Part shown: in pieces, positions 27,502 to 36,342 of the stretch
Position numbering within the stretch: the stretch's first letter is position 1
Layout of the letters: each line of letters opens with the position of its first letter
Assembly: GCA_963792785.1 (NCBI GenBank)
Contig: CAWBXO010000002.1
Coordinates: 256,330-320,329, forward strand
DNA length: 64,000 bases
Reading direction: 5' to 3'
Source: an uncultured Acidobacteriota bacterium
GTDB lineage: Bacteria > Acidobacteriota > Vicinamibacteria > Vicinamibacterales > CAVVIG01
The notes under the pieces: model-generated
What the model was told of the DNA's origin: nothing
Databases searched by the model: none
What the model saw: the letters and a program-made list of their open reading frames with translations, nothing else
Made by a program: the position numbers and the translations under genes

Positions 27502-28329
27502 GTGCCGATGAAGCCGGCTGAAGGCACCGCGATCGGGGACGCATCCTACCGGCGTTTCTGGCAAGCCGTCGGCCGCGACTTTCCCAGCCTGACCGGCGCC
27601 GCCTCGACGACGTACTATTTCGAGAGCGAGAAACGGCTGATCACGCAGGCGCTGCCTTCGCTCGACGGGTGCGCGCTGCTCAAGACGGACCTGTGGGACG
27701 AGGCCAAGAACACCCGCATCCTGCAGTGGGCGGCCGACCAGGGCGCCCGCGTGTACGGCATCGACCTGTCGGAACCCATCCTCCGCGAAGCCCGCGAGGC
27801 CTTCGGCACACGCCGGCTCAGGTCCGCCGTCAGCGACGTGCGCCGCCTGCCATTCCGCGACGGCTCGTTCGACGCGATCTACTCGATGGGCACGATCGAG
27901 CACTTCACGGAAACCGAAGCCTCGGTCGTCGAACTCGCGCGCGTCCTCAAGCCGGGCGGCCGCCTCATTCTGGGCGTGCCCAACCGGCATCACCCCTTCC
28001 TGCGTCCCCTGCTCGTGGCCGTGCTGTGGCGGCTGGGCCTCTACGGGTATGGATACGAGAAGAGCTACTCGCGGCGCGCGCTGCGCCGCATGCTCGAAGG
28101 CGCCGGCCTCGAGGTCGGGCTGGAGACGGGCATCCTCTTCATGCCGGGCTCGGTCAGAATGCTGGACCTCTGGTGCCACACGCGCGCGCGGCCGCTCGCC
28201 CGCGTGACCGGCGCGCTGGTGAGCATCTTCGCCTGGCTGGACTGGCACGTGCCGGCACTGCGCCGCCACGGCTATCTGCTGGCGTCGGTCGGGTCTCGCG
28301 CGGCGTCCGCCCGCGACGAGCATCCTTGA
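27502..28329 (+). CDS. Class I SAM-dependent methyltransferase
   Basis: 'ALLKTDLWDE...ARVYGIDLSEPILREA', 'FRDGSFDAIYSMGTIEHF' and 'LKPGGRLILGVPN' fit a Methyltransf_11-like pattern. Alternative ATG at 27508. Confidence 0.8.
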   Translation: MPMKPAEGTAIGDASYRRFWQAVGRDFPSLTGAASTTYYFESEKRLITQALPSLDGCALLKTDLWDEAKNTRILQWAADQGARVYGIDLSEPILREAREAFGTRRLRSAVSDVRRLPFRDGSFDAIYSMGTIEHFTETEASVVELARVLKPGGRLILGVPNRHHPFLRPLLVAVLWRLGLYGYGYEKSYSRRALRRMLEGAGLEVGLETGILFMPGSVRMLDLWCHTRARPLARVTGALVSIFAWLDWHVPALRRHGYLLASVGSRAASARDEHP

Positions 28330-28340
28330 AAAGCCTCCTG

Positions 28341-29465
28341 ATGGTGCAACCGTCGCTGCAGCCGCCCGGGGGTGGCAACGGTGTGGCGGCGTGGATGCTC
28401 GAGGCGCTCCGGGGCGAGTACACGCTCGCCGTCTATACCTGGAACCCGCTGAACGTCGAAGCGATCAATCACTTCTACGGCACGTCCCTCTCGGCCGACG
28501 CGATCGACGCGAGCGCCGTGCCGGCGGCCCTGCGGATCCTCATCGATGCGGCGCCCCTGCCGCTTTCGCTGTTGAAGACCTCGCTCCTCCTGGGCCTGGC
28601 ACGCCGGCATGCGTCGCGATACGACGTGCTCGTCTCGGCGAATAATGAAATGGATCTCGGCCGGCGCGGGATCCAGTACGTGCACTATCCGGCGTACCTG
28701 CGTCCCCGGCCGCTGGTGGACATCCGCTGGTACCACCTGGGCCTGGCGCTCGACGCCTATTACTGGCTGTGCGACCGTCTCGCCAACTGGTCGATGGATC
28801 GCATCGTCACCAATCTCACGCTGGTCAACTCCGACTGGACGGCCGCCATTTTTCGCGCGCGGCACGGCGGCGCCCCCCGGACCCTCTATCCGCCGGTGAC
28901 CGGACCGTTTCCAGAGGTCCCGTGGGACCGGCGCCAGAACGACTTCGTCTGCGCCGGCAGGATGTCTCCCGAGAAGGACCTCGACTCGGTGATCGACATC
29001 GTCGAGGCCGTACGACGCGTGCACCCGGACGTCCGCCTTCACGTCATCGGGTCTCGCGGGCCCAGGCGCTACACACGCCATGTCCTCGGCCGTATCGCCA
29101 GGCGCCGGGAGTGGATCACGCTGCACCTCGACGTTGCGCACGACGAGGTGCGCCATCTCGTGACAGCCAGCCGGTACGGCCTGCACGCGATGCCGGGCGA
29201 GCACTTCGGCATGGCGCCGGCCGAGATGGCGACGGGCGGGAATATCGTGTGGGTTCGAGCAGACGGCGGGCAGATGGAGATCGTGGGCCACGATCCGAGA
29301 CTGATCTTTCGTTCAGTGGACGACGCGGTCGCGAAGATCCTCCGGACCATGGCCGATCCGGCCGAGCAGACTGCCCTTCGGGCCCACCTCGCGTCCGTGA
29401 CGCCTCAGTTCGCGGTCGAACGGTTCATCGAGGACGTGCGCGCGGCGGCTCACGAACTGGCCTGA
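28341..29465 (+). CDS. GT4-family (GT-B fold) glycosyltransferase
   Basis: 'GGGNGVAAWMLEAL' at the N-terminus, and 'FVCAGRMSPEKDLDSVI...GLHAMPGEHFGMAPAEMATGGNIVWV' (E-x7-E-like region). A TTG at 28326, overlapping the upstream stop, is an alternative start. Confidence 0.75.
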   Translation: MVQPSLQPPGGGNGVAAWMLEALRGEYTLAVYTWNPLNVEAINHFYGTSLSADAIDASAVPAALRILIDAAPLPLSLLKTSLLLGLARRHASRYDVLVSANNEMDLGRRGIQYVHYPAYLRPRPLVDIRWYHLGLALDAYYWLCDRLANWSMDRIVTNLTLVNSDWTAAIFRARHGGAPRTLYPPVTGPFPEVPWDRRQNDFVCAGRMSPEKDLDSVIDIVEAVRRVHPDVRLHVIGSRGPRRYTRHVLGRIARRREWITLHLDVAHDEVRHLVTASRYGLHAMPGEHFGMAPAEMATGGNIVWVRADGGQMEIVGHDPRLIFRSVDDAVAKILRTMADPAEQTALRAHLASVTPQFAVERFIEDVRAAAHELA

Positions 29466-29538
29466 CGATCTGAAGGCGGGACGTGCGGGGCCCGAGCCTG
29501 ACGGCTCGAGCCCCCTGAGCTTCCGTGCGGGCGAGCGG

Positions 29539-30642
29539 CTACTTGATGGTGATCTTCTGGACGTCCCACATGCTGGCGGAGCCGACGTAGACGGTGTTGG
29601 GGCTCCGGCAGTCGAGCGAGTGCACCAGATTCCCCGTATCCTCAGCGCCGTGGTCCTGGCCGGTGATGAACATGCCCAGCACTTTCCCGGTCATGTCCAT
29701 CTTGTAGACCTTGCCCGTACCGTCTCCGCTGAACAGATACTCCGGAGAGCTCTTGGTAACGCAGAGCGCCCACGGCGCGCCGATGCCGGTAATGGTGCTC
29801 TTGAAGTTCAGGTTGTTGTCGTAGACCTGGATGCGCCTGTTGCCGCGGTCGGCGACGTAGATATTGTCTTCAGCGTCGGACGCGATGCTGTGCGGCGTGC
29901 TGAACTGATCCTGGCCGTTGCCCCAGGTGCCCAGTTCCTTCAGCCAATGGCCGTCCGGTGAAATCTTCACGACGCGGGAGTTGCCGTAGCCGTCGGGCAC
30001 GAACAGATTGCCCTGCGAGTCGAACGCGATGTCGGTCTCGCGGTCGAACTGGCCGACCCGGCCTTTCGGATGCGGATCCTTGGTCGGCTGATTCGGAGCA
30101 GTGAAGTGCAGGATCTCGAGGTTCGCCTGGAGGTAGTCGATCGCCTCGGGCGTCCGGCCCAGCCAGAGGACGTGCTGACCCGCGGGGTTGTACTTGACGA
30201 TCATCCCGGAGCCTTCGTCCACCTGCCACACGTTGTCGCCCTTGTCGACGCGGACCGCGTGCGCGAACGACTCGCCGTAGTTGTTGGGGCCCCACTCCTT
30301 GACGAACTTGTAGTTGTTGTCGAACTCCCACAGCACCGCGGCCTTCCCGCCGCGCGCGACGCCCTGGTTGATCGAGCGCGAGTACACGAACAGGTGGCCC
30401 TGCGAATTGGTGGCCACGCCGACCGTCTGCCCCATGGTGTAGCCGGGAATGCTGAGCTGCAGGTACTGGTCCACGACCTGCAGCTTGGGGTAGCCCGCTT
30501 CGAGGGTCGCTTGCGCGGCCTGTTGCGCGGCAGACCCGGCCAGACCCTGCGCCTGGGTCCGGCGCGGCGAGAGAACGAGGATGCCCGCGACCAGCAGCGC
30601 GCCGATCGCGAGGCCGGACAGCAGGACGTGCATGCGCTTCAT
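29539..30642 (-). CDS. Secreted NHL-repeat beta-propeller protein
   Basis: Signal/anchor 'MKRMHVLLSGLAIGALLVAGILVL'. NHL-like units 'DSQGNLFVPDGYGNSRVVKISPDG', 'SDAEDNIYVADRGNRRIQVYD' and 'TNSQGHLFVYSR'. Confidence 0.75.
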   Translation of the reverse strand: MKRMHVLLSGLAIGALLVAGILVLSPRRTQAQGLAGSAAQQAAQATLEAGYPKLQVVDQYLQLSIPGYTMGQTVGVATNSQGHLFVYSRSINQGVARGGKAAVLWEFDNNYKFVKEWGPNNYGESFAHAVRVDKGDNVWQVDEGSGMIVKYNPAGQHVLWLGRTPEAIDYLQANLEILHFTAPNQPTKDPHPKGRVGQFDRETDIAFDSQGNLFVPDGYGNSRVVKISPDGHWLKELGTWGNGQDQFSTPHSIASDAEDNIYVADRGNRRIQVYDNNLNFKSTITGIGAPWALCVTKSSPEYLFSGDGTGKVYKMDMTGKVLGMFITGQDHGAEDTGNLVHSLDCRSPNTVYVGSASMWDVQKITIK

Positions 30643-30749
30643 AGCGTGAAGTCTCCTCTCAGAAATGAACCGACGAGAGGGATTATCTTCAATCGGCCGC
30701 AAATGGCAACTGAAAGCGCTCCCTCCGCCGGGCTTTGAGACAACACGAC

Positions 30750-30941
30750 CTAGCGCTCGACCCACTCCACGAACGATCCGACGCTGTCGGTCACGATCAT
30801 GACCCGCAGGACCCGGTCGTTGTGATACATCAGCTTGGCGCCGGCTCTCGCATCCTCGAGCGACGGGTAGTGCACCCACGTCTGCTCGAGGCCCGAGGCC
30901 GTGCCCTGCTTCATCGTTGGCCTGAGTCTGAATTCAGGCAT
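30750..30941 (-). CDS. Small hypothetical protein co-transcribed with csp
   Basis: 63-aa ORF starting 8 nt after the cold-shock gene's stop. No recognised family. Confidence 0.35.
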   Translation of the reverse strand: MPEFRLRPTMKQGTASGLEQTWVHYPSLEDARAGAKLMYHNDRVLRVMIVTDSVGSFVEWVER

Positions 30942-30948
30942 CGCCGCC

Positions 30949-31155
30949 TCAGGCGAGTCTGACGTTCTCGCCGCGCGGACCCTTCGGACCCTGGCCCTTT
31001 TCGAAGGTCACGGCCTGACCCTCACGCAGATCGTCGAACGCGGTCTGCTCGCACGCCGAGTTGTGGAAGAAATACTCGTTCCCGTCGCCAGCCAGAATGA
31101 AGCCGAAGCCCTTGTCGCTGACGAGACGCTTGATCGTGCCGTTCATGGGTGCCAT
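30949..31155 (-). CDS. Cold-shock protein (CSD)
   Basis: 'GTIKRLVSDKGFGFILAGDGNEYFFHNSA' contains the RNP1 (KGFGFI) and RNP2-like (FFH) motifs. Confidence 0.9.
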   Translation of the reverse strand: MAPMNGTIKRLVSDKGFGFILAGDGNEYFFHNSACEQTAFDDLREGQAVTFEKGQGPKGPRGENVRLA

Positions 31156-31200
31156 GCAAAACTCCTTGAGATGTGAAATTTCCGACGGGGGTGAAAGTGC

Positions 31201-31530
31201 TTACTCGGGGATTAACGACCGCATCGTCCAGTCCGGATCGGCCAGGATGCCTTCATACATGGCCTCGGTCATCGACCGCTTCGCATAGTGACAGGCCATC
31301 ACGAACCGATCCTTGTCGTCGCGCCAGTCCAGCCGCTTGACGACGGCCCGGAAGGTGTACGCGCGCGTCGACAGCTCCAGATCGTCGCCCACCTTCGGCA
31401 GCGCCGGCAGCTCTATCACTTTCCAGAACCGCGACTCGCTGTTCGTGATGCGCCGGCCGTCGTCAGCAGGACTGCTCACGGTGATGCTGGGCAGACGAAG
31501 ATTCACTTCGAGCGTGATCATGGACTCCAT
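31201..31530 (-). CDS. Hypothetical protein
   Basis: 109-aa ORF with coding-like composition. No recognised family. Confidence 0.4.
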   Translation of the reverse strand: MESMITLEVNLRLPSITVSSPADDGRRITNSESRFWKVIELPALPKVGDDLELSTRAYTFRAVVKRLDWRDDKDRFVMACHYAKRSMTEAMYEGILADPDWTMRSLIPE

Positions 31531-31741
31531 AGCGCGCTCCGATCGTCGGCCGACTTGGGCCTAGTCGAGGCGCACCCGGCGGGTGCCGCTTGGACGCTGG
31601 CGGGCTCAGTGCGGTAGAACACTTCCACTCTACCCCATTTCCGGGTCCAGCACCCCTTTTTGGCCTGATCGAGGGGGTACACCCGCGGTATTGCCCAATC
31701 GACCCGAAAAACGGGGCCAGACCTGGACTGTGGCCGCGTGC

Positions 31742-32857
31742 TCAGGCGCCCAGCCTCACCGTCCGCCGCCCCAGCATATTCATCCGCGTCGTCCGGATCG
31801 TTGCGGCCTCGGCGACGCCGCCGTCGGCATAGCGGAACCGCAGCGCGTCCTGCGGGCACTGCACGATGCAGGCACCGCACGTGATGCACTGATCGGGCCG
31901 CCGGATCTCGACCTTTCTGAGGCCGCCGTTCATCTGGAGCACGTCGCGCGGGCACACCTGCACGCACTCGGCGGCGCCCGTGCACCGCGACGCCACGAGC
32001 TCGATCCGCACGGGATTCTGATAGGCGTTGATGTAGCTGCTGTACCAGGGCGTGGTGCCCGCGAGATCGACCGACACGATCGCCATCGTGCCGGCCGCGA
32101 CGGCGCCGACCAGCGCCAGATGGCTCGCCGAGGCGGTCGCCAGGATCCGGAGGAACCCGGCGCCGAGGGCAAACCCAAGAGCGGCACAGGCCGCAAACGT
32201 GAGCCACCGGGCCCCGCCGCGCACGTTGAGCCACGGCAGCAGGCCGAACAACCCGAACACGATCGCCGCGACGAGCACGACCGACGCCGCCATCACGCGT
32301 GCGCCGCCGAGCCACCAGACAACCGGCGCGACAAGAGCCATCGTCGGGAGCGCCCACACGAGCGCCATCTCGAAGCGCTCCCACAGCGGGAAGCGCATGA
32401 ACCGGTCCCGCCGGTACACGCGGCGGCCGCGATCGAGAAATTCCGGAAGATCCTCCAGCCGCGCGGGGCCCCAGCGCGTGGCCCAGCCCGTCGCCTCGGT
32501 CACCTTGCGGCGCTCGACGCCGGTGGCCGAGAGCTGCGGCAGGACGATCTCGCGGTGATCGACGAGGCCGTCGATGCCCGACACGCGAATGGCGGCGATC
32601 ACGTCATGATGCGTCAGGTGCCCGCCGCCGGCGGCGCACCAGACGTTGATCCCCTTGCTGTCGGCGCAGAGCAGCCAGGCGCTTCGTCCCGCAAGGACAT
32701 CGCGAAGCCGCCGCACGGTGAGGGTGAAGTTCCCGGTGAGGAGCACCGGTGCGTCGCGGCCGGGACGGCCGATGCGCACCAGCCCGGGCGGCGCCCGATG
32801 CGGAATCATGCGGAACGCGGTGTCGCGGACGTACGCCGGAACGTCCCGCAGCCTCAC
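31742..32857 (-). CDS. HgcAB-like fusion protein: HgcA-type corrinoid-binding domain + about 5 TM helices + HgcB-like 2x[4Fe-4S] ferredoxin domain
   Basis: 'PGLVRIGRPGRDAPVLLTGNFTLTVRRLRDVLAGRSAWLLCADSKGINVWCAAGGGHLT' parallels the HgcA cap-helix region N(V/I)WCA(A/G)GK. A hydrophobic block follows. The C-terminus has 'CTGAAECVQVCP' and 'CITCGACIVQCP'. I chose the GTG start at 32857, which overlaps the upstream stop as GTGA. Alternative ATG at 32809. Confidence 0.75.
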   Translation of the reverse strand: MRLRDVPAYVRDTAFRMIPHRAPPGLVRIGRPGRDAPVLLTGNFTLTVRRLRDVLAGRSAWLLCADSKGINVWCAAGGGHLTHHDVIAAIRVSGIDGLVDHREIVLPQLSATGVERRKVTEATGWATRWGPARLEDLPEFLDRGRRVYRRDRFMRFPLWERFEMALVWALPTMALVAPVVWWLGGARVMAASVVLVAAIVFGLFGLLPWLNVRGGARWLTFAACAALGFALGAGFLRILATASASHLALVGAVAAGTMAIVSVDLAGTTPWYSSYINAYQNPVRIELVASRCTGAAECVQVCPRDVLQMNGGLRKVEIRRPDQCITCGACIVQCPQDALRFRYADGGVAEAATIRTTRMNMLGRRTVRLGA

Positions 32858-33522
32858 GCCGGGCCTTCCTGGCGCGCCGCGTACAGGATCATGAAGGATC
32901 CCGACCAGAGCCGCGTCTCTTCGACGTTGACGAAACCCGCGGCGCGAACGCGCGCGGCCAGGCCATCCACCGGCCGCGTCGTCGTCTGCGTCAGCAGGTA
33001 GGTGAGAGACACGAGCGGCAGGCGCAGGAGCCGGCGCCACGCGCGGCGAAGGGCACCGCCGGCGGCGATCTCGTCCGCGATCACGATCGCACCGTCGGGT
33101 TTGAGGCGCGAGAAGGCCGCGCGCAGCGCGTAGGCCTGCGCCTCGGGCGACAACTCACTGAACACGAGACACGAGACCACCGCGTCCAGACTCGCGGCCG
33201 GCACGCGGTCCTCGACCTCGGCGGCATCGAGCTGCAGCCACTCGATCCGGCCCCCGCCAGGCGGGACGGGTTTGTGCCGTGCGACTTCGAGCATCTCGGC
33301 ATTGCTGTCGATAGCGACGACGTCCGCGCCGCGCGCGGCGCAGGCCAGGCTGACGCCGCCCGTCCCGCACCCGATGTCGAGCACGCGCCGGCGAGGCCCG
33401 GCGACACGCGCCGCGATTCGATCGTACACCTCGTCGATCCGGCCGCGCGAGAGCAGCCGGATCCCGCGGTCGTAGCGTTCTGGCGTCGATTCCAGCACCT
33501 TCATCCACACGAAGCTGCTCAC
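32854..33522 (-). CDS. SAM-dependent methyltransferase associated with corrinoid protein (CpaM-like)
   Basis: 'VLDIGCGTGGVSLACAARGADVVAIDSNAEMLEVAR', 'LDAVVSCLVFSEL', 'LKPDGAIVIADE'. The GTG at 33522 is preceded by GGAGGA at 6-nt spacing. Alternative ATG at 33504. The CpaM name is recalled from NCBIfam and is not verified. Confidence 0.7.
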   Translation of the reverse strand: MSSFVWMKVLESTPERYDRGIRLLSRGRIDEVYDRIAARVAGPRRRVLDIGCGTGGVSLACAARGADVVAIDSNAEMLEVARHKPVPPGGGRIEWLQLDAAEVEDRVPAASLDAVVSCLVFSELSPEAQAYALRAAFSRLKPDGAIVIADEIAAGGALRRAWRRLLRLPLVSLTYLLTQTTTRPVDGLAARVRAAGFVNVEETRLWSGSFMILYAARQEGPA

Positions 33523-33601
33523 GGTCGATCCTCCGTGCGCGACGTGGTCGCGGTTCCGCCCACGATAGATCGAAAACCCGGGCCGAGGTACACTGGCCGC
33601 G

Positions 33602-34579
33602 TTGGCTGGTCGACTTGAACGGCCCGGACGCGTGTGGACTGTGGCCGCGCCGGAAGCCGGCCTCACCCTCGACAAATTTCTCGCCGCCGCCGACCGCCTG
33701 GTGTCGCGCTCGAAGGCCGCCGCCGCGCGCGGGCGGGGCAAGGTCTTCGTCAACGACCACGAAGCCGGGCGCGCCGAGGCCGGGCTTCGCCTGAAGCGCG
33801 GCGATGTCGTCCGCGTCTGGGACGACCGGCCCGGCAGCGCGACGCGGCGGCCGTTTCCCTTCAAGGCCGGCGATCTCGACATCCTCTACGAAGACGCGGC
33901 GCTCGTCCTGCTCAACAAGCCGGCCGGCCTGCTCGCGGTGCCGCTCGAACGGCGCGAAGAGGAAGTCTCGATCTTCGACCAGCTCGAACAGCACCTGCGG
34001 TCGCACGGCAAGCTCAAGCCGCTCGTCGTCCATCGCATCGACCGCGACACCTCAGGCGTCGTGCTCTTCGCCAAGGACGGCCGCACGCAGGCGGCGTTGA
34101 AGCAGCAGTTCCGGGAGCGCACGCCCGAGCGCGTGTACCTCGCCGTCGTCTACGGCCGGCCGAGCCCGCCGGCGGGCGTCTGGCGGGATCACCTCGTCTG
34201 GGACACGAAGGCGCTGATTCAGAAGGAAACGGATCCGAAGGATCCCAAGGGTGTCGAGGCGATCTGCCGCTACCGCGTCGTCGAGGCCTTCGAGTCGACG
34301 AGCCTGATCGAAGTGACGCTGCAGACCGGGAAGCGGAACCAGATCCGGATTCAGGCGCGGTTGCGCGGGCACACGCTCGTCGGCGAGCGCCGGTACACCT
34401 TCGGTCCCGACACGCTGCGGCCGATTCCCTTCAAGCGTCAGGCGCTGCACGCGTGGCGCCTGGCGTTCCGGCATCCCGCGGACAATCGCGCGATGTCGCT
34501 CGAGGCGCCCGTGCCCCCCGACATGAAGAAGCTGGTGTCACGCCTCAGGCACGAGGCGAAGATGCCCAAGCGGGCGTGA
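33602..34579 (+). CDS. RluA-family 23S rRNA pseudouridine synthase (S4 domain + catalytic domain, RluD-like)
   Basis: 'LDKFLA...SRSKAAAARGRGKVFVN' (S4-like), and the catalytic 'LVVHRIDRDTSGVVLFAK' and 'GRPSPPAGVW...GKRNQIRIQA'. Confidence 0.85.
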   Translation: MAGRLERPGRVWTVAAPEAGLTLDKFLAAADRLVSRSKAAAARGRGKVFVNDHEAGRAEAGLRLKRGDVVRVWDDRPGSATRRPFPFKAGDLDILYEDAALVLLNKPAGLLAVPLERREEEVSIFDQLEQHLRSHGKLKPLVVHRIDRDTSGVVLFAKDGRTQAALKQQFRERTPERVYLAVVYGRPSPPAGVWRDHLVWDTKALIQKETDPKDPKGVEAICRYRVVEAFESTSLIEVTLQTGKRNQIRIQARLRGHTLVGERRYTFGPDTLRPIPFKRQALHAWRLAFRHPADNRAMSLEAPVPPDMKKLVSRLRHEAKMPKRA

Positions 34580-34595
34580 TCCCGATTTCGGACGC

Positions 34596-36269
34596 TCACC
34601 GCGCGTAGCGATCGTGCCGAATCGAGCTCGCCAGCGCCAGGATGGTCTCCGCCGGCACACCGAGGCGTCCGAGCGCCTGGCGTGTCATCTCGATCGCCGC
34701 CTCGAATTCCGGGGAGGTCACTTCGTCGACGCCGAGCGCGTACAACGCCCGAACAGCCTCGGGACCGTCGGCCCTCGCGCCGATCGGCAGGCCGGTGCGA
34801 AGGCGGGAAGCGGACGAGACGATCGCGCGGACGTCGGGCAACGCCGGTACCGTCACCAGCAGCAGTTTCGCGCGGGGCAGGCCCGCCGCCTCCAGCACCA
34901 CCGCGTGGCTCGCGTCGCCGTAGACCACCGGCAGCCCGAGGGCCTTCGCCTGCTGAACGCGCCGGTCGTCGATCTCCACCAGCACGAACGGGAGCGACAG
35001 ACGCGCGAGTCCCTCGGCGACCGTTCGCCCGACGCGTCCGGCCCCCGCCACGACGACATGATCGGCAAGGCCGCCCGAGGGAAGATTGGCGCGCTCGAGC
35101 GGCTCCCGCGGCGCGCGCGCCAGGAGGCGCCGGCCGATCCACGGCGTCGCGCTGGAGACGATGGGCGTCAGCGCCATCGTCACGACCGCGGTGTTCAGGA
35201 CGAGCGTGTAGAGGTCGGCGCTGATCGCCCCGTCCGCGCGGCCGACCGTGGCGAGCACGAAGGTGAACTCGCCGACCTGGAACAGGGTCAGCGCGGCGGC
35301 GAGCGGCACGATGCGCCGGTAGCCGAACAGGCGCACGACACCGGCCAGGATGGCCCCTTTCCCGACGACGACCGCCGCGACCACGATCGCCAGCGTGCCC
35401 AGTTGCCGCCAGACCAGCGCAGGATCCAGCAGCATGCCCACCGACACGAAGAACAGCATGCCGAACAGATCGCGGAGCGGCGCCACATCGCTCAGCGCCT
35501 GGTGGGCGTAGTCGGATTCACTGATGACGAGGCCCGCGATGAACGCCCCGAGCGCCACGGACAGGCCCAGGCTCCAGGCGGCGTAGCCCACGCCGAGCGC
35601 CACGGCGATCGTCATGAGCAGGAACAGCTCGCGCGAGTTCCACCGGGCGACCGTGGCCATGAGCCGCGGGATCGCGCGCGTCGCCACCAGCACGATGAGG
35701 CCGAGCAACAGGAAGGCCCGGGCGGTCGCCGCCGCGATCCGCCAGACCTGTCCGCCCGGCTGCCCAAGCTCCGGCAGCACGATCATCAGCGGCACCACGG
35801 CCAGGTCCTGCACGACGAGCATGCCGAGCATGACGCGGCTCGACAGTGTGCCGAGCCGTCCCTGCGCCTGCAGTGTCTTGAGCGCCACCATGGTGCTGGA
35901 CAGCGCGATCAGGGCGCCGAACCAGAGCGCCGGCGTCCAGCTCCACCCAAGCGCGGTGGCCAGGCCCATGCCCAGGGCGATCGTGAGCACGATCTGCAGC
36001 GCCCCGCCGCCAATCGCGACGGCGCGCACCGGCGCGAGCGAGCGGAACGAGACTTCGAGGCCGAGGGAAAACAGCAGGAGCGCGACCCCCAGCTCAGCCA
36101 GCTGCTCGATGCCCTGGACCGACGCCACCGTGAACCCGCCCGTGAACGGGCCGACGGCGACGCCCGCCAGGATGTAGCCGACGATCAGCGGCTGCCCCAG
36201 CCGACGCGCGAGGAATCCGCCGGCAAGGGCGGCGACCAGGACGAGCGTGAGATCGGCCAGCAGCTCCAT
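34596..36269 (-). CDS. CPA2-family cation:proton antiporter with C-terminal TrkA-N (KTN) domain (KefB/YbaL-like)
   Basis: 'MELLADLTLVLVAALAGGFLARRLGQPLIVGYILAGVAVGP', 12-13 TM segments, then the Rossmann motif 'HVVVAGAGRVGRTVAEGL'. Confidence 0.85.
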   Translation of the reverse strand: MELLADLTLVLVAALAGGFLARRLGQPLIVGYILAGVAVGPFTGGFTVASVQGIEQLAELGVALLLFSLGLEVSFRSLAPVRAVAIGGGALQIVLTIALGMGLATALGWSWTPALWFGALIALSSTMVALKTLQAQGRLGTLSSRVMLGMLVVQDLAVVPLMIVLPELGQPGGQVWRIAAATARAFLLLGLIVLVATRAIPRLMATVARWNSRELFLLMTIAVALGVGYAAWSLGLSVALGAFIAGLVISESDYAHQALSDVAPLRDLFGMLFFVSVGMLLDPALVWRQLGTLAIVVAAVVVGKGAILAGVVRLFGYRRIVPLAAALTLFQVGEFTFVLATVGRADGAISADLYTLVLNTAVVTMALTPIVSSATPWIGRRLLARAPREPLERANLPSGGLADHVVVAGAGRVGRTVAEGLARLSLPFVLVEIDDRRVQQAKALGLPVVYGDASHAVVLEAAGLPRAKLLLVTVPALPDVRAIVSSASRLRTGLPIGARADGPEAVRALYALGVDEVTSPEFEAAIEMTRQALGRLGVPAETILALASSIRHDRYAR

Positions 36270-36342
36270 CGAGGGACCGAGCGTACACGCCGGTGGAGGG
36301 TGAGTAAACTGGGCCAGACTGGCGCGCCGCTCGTGGGATACC

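Noticed and set aside
25669-28323. 884-aa minus-strand ORF spanning the ABC ATPase, AttH-like and methyltransferase genes
   Set aside because: It is a shadow ORF with Arg/Ala/Gly-rich composition and no motifs. The + strand carries three recognisable, translationally coupled genes.
31742-32857. Calling the HgcA-like gene a mercury-methylation determinant (hgcAB)
   Set aside because: The architecture is fused. The signature Lys after the cap-helix Cys is replaced (WCAAGGG). One ferredoxin motif is degenerate and the HgcB C-terminal Cys pair is missing. These features match the non-methylating HgcAB-like group, so the function is left open.
33523-33601. Cobalamin riboswitch upstream of the CpaM-like/HgcAB-like operon
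   Set aside because: Only about 80 nt separate the divergent genes, which is too short for a B12 riboswitch. No B12-box-like sequence was seen.
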